Shown here: in pieces, positions 60,100 through 64,000 of the stretch
Layout: the number at the start of each line of letters is the position of its first letter
Position numbering within the stretch: the stretch's first letter is position 1
Origin: Pseudomonadota bacterium
GTDB lineage: Bacteria; Pseudomonadota; Gammaproteobacteria; Pseudomonadales; Halomonadaceae
Direction of reading: 5' to 3'
Length of the DNA stretch: 64,000 nt
Assembly (NCBI GenBank): GCA_051751685.1
Contig: JBNJLE010000011.1
Coordinates: 42,788 to 106,787, forward strand
Made by a program: the position numbers and the translations under genes
The notes under the pieces: generated by a model
Told to the model about the DNA's origin: nothing
The model's input: only the letters and a program-made list of their open reading frames with translations
Database searches by the model: none

Positions 60100-60861
60100 A
60101 TGTCTAGACAAAAAGAGCTGCCCATTTACCGCCAATTGGCTGACACGCTTTCCGATCAGGTGCGCAATGAATTTGCCGCGGGGGATCTGCTGCCCTCTGA
60201 GAGCGAGCTTGCCCTACGCTTCGGCGTCAATCGCCATACCGTGCGTCGTGCCTTGGACGAGCTAGTAACAGCAGGGCTAGTGACGCGTCATCAGGGACGC
60301 GGCACGCAAGTCGTCGATCGTCGGCTCGATTACCGGCTCAGCGCGGGTAGCAAGGTTACCCATAACTTGGCGGAGTTAGGGATGGCCACGGATACGCGTT
60401 GCCTGACTCAGTGCCGAGATACTCCTCCGCCTGCCATCGCCCAGCGCTTCGCTTTGCCGGATCACGGGGTCCTCTTGCGTGTGGACACCCTGCGTTATGT
60501 GGAGGGGACACCCTTGGTGTGGATCTGCCACTGGTTCGATCCACAGCGAGTGCCTAGCTGGCTTGAGCGTTACCGGGGCGGCTCCACGCGTGCCTTTCTG
60601 GATCAGCACTACGGGTTGCGCCTCAGACGTCGCCAGGCGCGCATCGAGGCGGGAGGAGCGACTGCTGCCGACGCCCGATGGCTTCAGTGTGCACTGAATG
60701 CACCGCTGCTGCAGATCATCAGCGACAACATCGACTCGACCGGCGCCATGGTCGAGGTCTCGGTCAGCCGGGCGCGAGCTGACAGTCTTTCCTACCACAT
60801 CGATTTCAGTGAGTTCTCGGACCACTGCTCATCCGTTCACTCTGACGAGGTGATGTCATGA
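60100..60861 (+). CDS. phnF: GntR/HutC-family phosphonate regulator PhnF
   Basis: LPSESELALRFGVNRHTVRRALDELVTAGLVTRHQGRGTQV plus a UTRA domain. It sits between phnE and phnG. A TTG at 60091 is an alternative start. Confidence 0.85.
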   Translation: MSRQKELPIYRQLADTLSDQVRNEFAAGDLLPSESELALRFGVNRHTVRRALDELVTAGLVTRHQGRGTQVVDRRLDYRLSAGSKVTHNLAELGMATDTRCLTQCRDTPPPAIAQRFALPDHGVLLRVDTLRYVEGTPLVWICHWFDPQRVPSWLERYRGGSTRAFLDQHYGLRLRRRQARIEAGGATAADARWLQCALNAPLLQIISDNIDSTGAMVEVSVSRARADSLSYHIDFSEFSDHCSSVHSDEVMS

Positions 60862-61292
60862 CTGATGCTCGACGCCGCCAGCGCATTCTGGCGCTGAGCC
60901 CAGGCGACCGCGTGGAACAAGCCTGGAACCGTCTGGGTATAGCGCCCGCGTACCGATGTGTGAGAGGTCCCGAAACAGGCATGGCCATGGTACGTGGTCG
61001 TATGGGGGGGACTGGCAACGTTTTTAACCTGGGCGAGATGACCCTGACCCGAGTCAGTGTGGCGCTTGAGGATGGCACCTTGGGTCATGGCTGGGTCAAG
61101 GGTCGGGATTATCGTCATGCCGAGCTGATCGCCCTGACGGATGCCTGCGCCCGGCGCCCCGAGTGGGAGGCGAGCATGGAGGAAGGCTTGATCGCGCCGC
61201 TGGAGGCGCTGCTCTTGGAAGAGCACGAAACCCAGGCCAAAGTTGCGGCGGCGACCCGGGTCGATTTTTTCAGCATGGCCCGGGGGGAATGA
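60858..61292 (+). CDS. phnG: C-P lyase core complex subunit PhnG
   Basis: PAYRCVRGPETGMAMVRGRMGGTGNVFNLGEMT is typical of PhnG. ATGA overlap with phnF. Confidence 0.9.
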   Translation: MTDARRRQRILALSPGDRVEQAWNRLGIAPAYRCVRGPETGMAMVRGRMGGTGNVFNLGEMTLTRVSVALEDGTLGHGWVKGRDYRHAELIALTDACARRPEWEASMEEGLIAPLEALLLEEHETQAKVAAATRVDFFSMARGE

Positions 61293-61912
61293 TGATGCAG
61301 TGGAGTGCGTTTGATGACCCCGTTCATGATGCACAGCGCCACTTCCGGCGCGTGCTGGCTGCCATGGCAGAGCCGGGTACCCTGCATGTATGTGATGGAC
61401 CACTGCCGCCGCCGGGGGCGGTAATCGGCTCGGCCATGTGGGCCACGCTGCTCTCCCTCTGTGATCTGGATACGCAGGTCTGGGTGGCGCCTTGTCTGGC
61501 AGGCCAAGGCCTTTGTGAGGCTCTGACATTTCACACCGGTGCCCGTTTTACCCCAGTCGCCGACAAGGCTCATTTTGCCGTCGTGACGCCAGATGTACTG
61601 ATGGACCCCGCACTTATGTTTGGCGAGGGTTGTGAAGCCTACCCGGATCGAAGCACTACCCTGATCGTCGCCCTGGAGCGTCTTGACGATGACGGAAATT
61701 GGCAGCTGAGCGGGCCAGGTATCGCCGAGCATCGCCGGCTCGATGTGGGCGAGGCAATCCCGCTGATGGCACGCCTGACGATCAATCCCAGGCGCTTCCC
61801 CCTTGGACTGGATGCTGTCCTCACCTGCGGAGAGAGGCTCGCCGCGATTCCTCGAAGCACGCGGATTGTCTCGCTATCGACCAGGGAGGCCGGCGCATGT
61901 ATGTCGCAGTGA
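61289..61912 (+). CDS. phnH: C-P lyase core complex subunit PhnH
   Basis: FDDPVHDAQRHFRRVLAAMAEPG is the PhnH N-terminus. ATGA overlap with phnG. Confidence 0.88.
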   Translation: MMMQWSAFDDPVHDAQRHFRRVLAAMAEPGTLHVCDGPLPPPGAVIGSAMWATLLSLCDLDTQVWVAPCLAGQGLCEALTFHTGARFTPVADKAHFAVVTPDVLMDPALMFGEGCEAYPDRSTTLIVALERLDDDGNWQLSGPGIAEHRRLDVGEAIPLMARLTINPRRFPLGLDAVLTCGERLAAIPRSTRIVSLSTREAGACMSQ

Positions 61913-63009
61913 AAGGAGGAGAACAGGCCATCGCCAATGCTCATCGTTGGCTGGCCGACCGCCGGCGCGGGGAGCGTGAGCAGGCTGAGCTCTCGGTGTC
62001 TCAGATTCAGGGCCAACTGCGTCTGATGGTGGATCGCGTGATGGCTGAAGCCTCTCTCTATGATCCCGAGCTGGCGGCGCTTGCCTTCAAGCAGGCAAGT
62101 GGCGACCTGGTAGAGGCGGTCTTTCTGCTTCGGGCCTATCGCACCACGCTGCCGCGTCTGGCCGAGAGTGTGCCGCTGGACACGGCGTCGATGCGTATCG
62201 AGCGTCGCATCAGTGCTGCCTACAAGGACATTCCAGGCGGTCAGGTGCTGGGACCTACCCACGATTACACACATCGCCTGCTGGACTTCATACAACTGGC
62301 CGGCGGCGCAGTGCCCGAGCCGGCAAGTACTGATGCGGTGCTGGCGTCATGTCCGCAGATCCTCGAGTTGCTGGATGCCGAAGGCTTGATGGAGCGTGAG
62401 GCGGACGATGGCAGCGATCCCTTCGACATTACTCGCGACCCCCCCGATTTTCCGGTAGATCGCGCGACGCGTCTTCAGATGCTGGCACGCGGTGATGAAG
62501 GATATCTACTGGCGCTGGGCTACTCGACCCAGCGGGGCTATGGGCGCAACCATCCTTTTGCCGGGGAGATTCGCCAGGGCTATGTGGAAGTAGAGATCAT
62601 CGTCGATGAGTGCGATGAGCCGGTGTGCATCGGCGAGATGGCGCTGAGCGAGTGCCAGATGATCAACCAATTTGGTGGCACCCGTGAAGCGGCTCCTCAG
62701 TTCACCCGCGGCTACGGCTTGGCCTTTGGTGACAACGAGCGCAAGACCATGGCCATGGCGCTGGTGGATCGCGCCCTGCGTGCCGAGGAACTGGGTGAAC
62801 CCATTATTGGGCCTGCCCAGGAGGCCGAGTTCGTGCTGGCACACGCTGATAGCGTCGAGGCGTCCGGATTCGTGTCACATCTCAAGCTGCCGCACTACGT
62901 CGACTTCCAGTCCGAACTGGAGCTGTTAAGGCGCCTGCGACGTGAGCACGCCGCAACACAGCCCACCGACAACAACCTGCAAGCGCAGTCGGAGGCTCAG
63001 CAGTCATGA
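61897..63009 (+). CDS. phnI: C-P lyase core complex subunit PhnI
   Basis: MYVAVKGGEQAI.NAH...LAFKQASGDLVEAVFLLRAYRTTLPR is the PhnI N-terminus. It overlaps phnH by 16 nt. Confidence 0.9.
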   Translation: MYVAVKGGEQAIANAHRWLADRRRGEREQAELSVSQIQGQLRLMVDRVMAEASLYDPELAALAFKQASGDLVEAVFLLRAYRTTLPRLAESVPLDTASMRIERRISAAYKDIPGGQVLGPTHDYTHRLLDFIQLAGGAVPEPASTDAVLASCPQILELLDAEGLMEREADDGSDPFDITRDPPDFPVDRATRLQMLARGDEGYLLALGYSTQRGYGRNHPFAGEIRQGYVEVEIIVDECDEPVCIGEMALSECQMINQFGGTREAAPQFTRGYGLAFGDNERKTMAMALVDRALRAEELGEPIIGPAQEAEFVLAHADSVEASGFVSHLKLPHYVDFQSELELLRRLRREHAATQPTDNNLQAQSEAQQS

Positions 63010-63839
63010 ACGGTTACAACTTTGCCTACCTGGACGAGCAAACAAAGCGAATGATCCGACGCGGGCTACTCAAGGCCGTGGCGATCCCTGGTTACCAAGT
63101 GCCGTTCGGGGGGCGTGAGATGCCAATGCCTTATGGCTGGGGCACCGGCGGGATGCAGCTGACGGCGAGCATTCTGGGACAGGACGACGTGCTCAAGGTG
63201 ATCGACCAGGGAGCGGACGACACTACCAACGCGGTCAGTATTCGGGCCTTCTTCGAGCGCGTCGCTGATGTCGCCACGACTACAAGCACGGCTGACGCCA
63301 GCGTTATTCAGACCCGACACCGAATACCCGAGACGCCATTAGCCCCGGGCCAGATTGTGGTCTTTCAGGTACCGATACCCGAGCCTCTGCGCTTCATCGA
63401 GCCAAGCGAAACAGAGACTCGGCTCATGCATGCCCTGGAAGAATACGGGGTCATGCACGTCAAGCTCTATGAGGACATCGCGCGGCACGGGCATATCGCC
63501 ACGACCTATGCCTATCCGGTCAAGGTCGATGGACGCTATGTGACCGACCCATCGCCGATCCCCAAGTTCGATAACCCCAAGCTGCATATGTCCGGTGCCC
63601 TGATGCTGTTCGGCGCAGGGCGTGAGAAACGGCTCTATGCCATTCCCCCGTATACCCGCGTTGAGAGCCTGGACTTCGACGATCATCCCTTCGAGGTGCA
63701 GCGCTGGGAGATGCCCTGTGCCCTGTGTGGATCCCAGGAGAGTTTCTTGGATGAGGTGATCACCGACGATGCCGGTGGGCGCATGTTCGTCTGCTCGGAT
63801 ACCGACTATTGCCGTCAGCGCTACGAGGAGGTGGCATGA
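63006..63839 (+). CDS. phnJ: Alpha-D-ribose 1-methylphosphonate 5-phosphate C-P lyase PhnJ
   Basis: MNGYNFAYLDEQTKRMIRR...AIPGYQVPFGGREMPMPYGWGTGG and the C-terminal Cys cluster CALCGS...CSDTDYC. Confidence 0.93.
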   Translation: MNGYNFAYLDEQTKRMIRRGLLKAVAIPGYQVPFGGREMPMPYGWGTGGMQLTASILGQDDVLKVIDQGADDTTNAVSIRAFFERVADVATTTSTADASVIQTRHRIPETPLAPGQIVVFQVPIPEPLRFIEPSETETRLMHALEEYGVMHVKLYEDIARHGHIATTYAYPVKVDGRYVTDPSPIPKFDNPKLHMSGALMLFGAGREKRLYAIPPYTRVESLDFDDHPFEVQRWEMPCALCGSQESFLDEVITDDAGGRMFVCSDTDYCRQRYEEVA

Positions 63840-64000
63840 AGCGTCCCCAACTGGAACGTCCAGCGCTGTTGGAGGCGAGGGGGGTGTCTCGCCTGTATGG
63901 CCCGGGCAAAGGGTGCCAGGAGATCGACATGGCCCTGCACCGAGGCGAAGTGCTCGGCATCGTCGGTGAGTCGGGCTCAGGCAAGTCGACCCTACTGAGA
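63836..64000 (+). CDS. phnK: C-P lyase accessory ATPase PhnK (5' partial, runs off the window)
   Basis: ATGA overlap with phnJ. Walker A GESGSGKST. Only 55 codons are visible. Confidence 0.8.
   Translation, partial: MKRPQLERPALLEARGVSRLYGPGKGCQEIDMALHRGEVLGIVGESGSGKSTLLR

Overview
This is a 64-kb chromosomal window from a high-GC gammaproteobacterium. Gene content and synteny (nrdA, metR, valS-holC-pepA facing lptFG, bfd-bfr) look Halomonadaceae-like, but that is inference only. I call about 65 protein-coding genes or gene relics and saw no rRNA, tRNA or CRISPR array. Many long ORFs in the six-frame track are antisense or out-of-frame artefacts of the high GC content, and several true genes are shorter than their track ORF; starts were re-derived by hand from ATG/GTG plus Shine-Dalgarno context.

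Layout:
- 0-28 kb is housekeeping: nrdA, an OmpR-type two-component pair, metR, azoR, tag, gloA, valS, holC, ilvE, pepA, lptFG, bfd-bfr, a NitT/TauT-type ABC system, tcdA, truC and a CDF transporter.
- 28.7-30 kb holds a frameshifted MFS gene.
- 30-41 kb holds phosphorus-scavenging transporters (a Ugp-like CUT1 ABC operon and phnD-C-E-E). It also holds a porin whose terminator is followed by a decayed group II intron, probably class C.
- 43.3-47.9 kb is an AT-richer patch with an FNT channel, an MscS channel and several gene fragments.
- 48.8-64 kb is a phosphonate catabolism super-cluster. It comprises phnR, a 2-AEP ABC transporter, a PhnZ-like HD-domain oxygenase and phnWX. These are followed directly by an AT-richer phnCDEE-phnFGHIJK... 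C-P lyase operon that runs off the window.

I found no defence-island-like or otherwise clearly novel multi-gene system. The best leads are the PhnY-less HD oxygenase inside the phnWX cluster with its repeated 15-bp operator, the mosaic three-mechanism C-P cleavage locus, the intron relic, and two unexplained 13-bp tandem repeat arrays.
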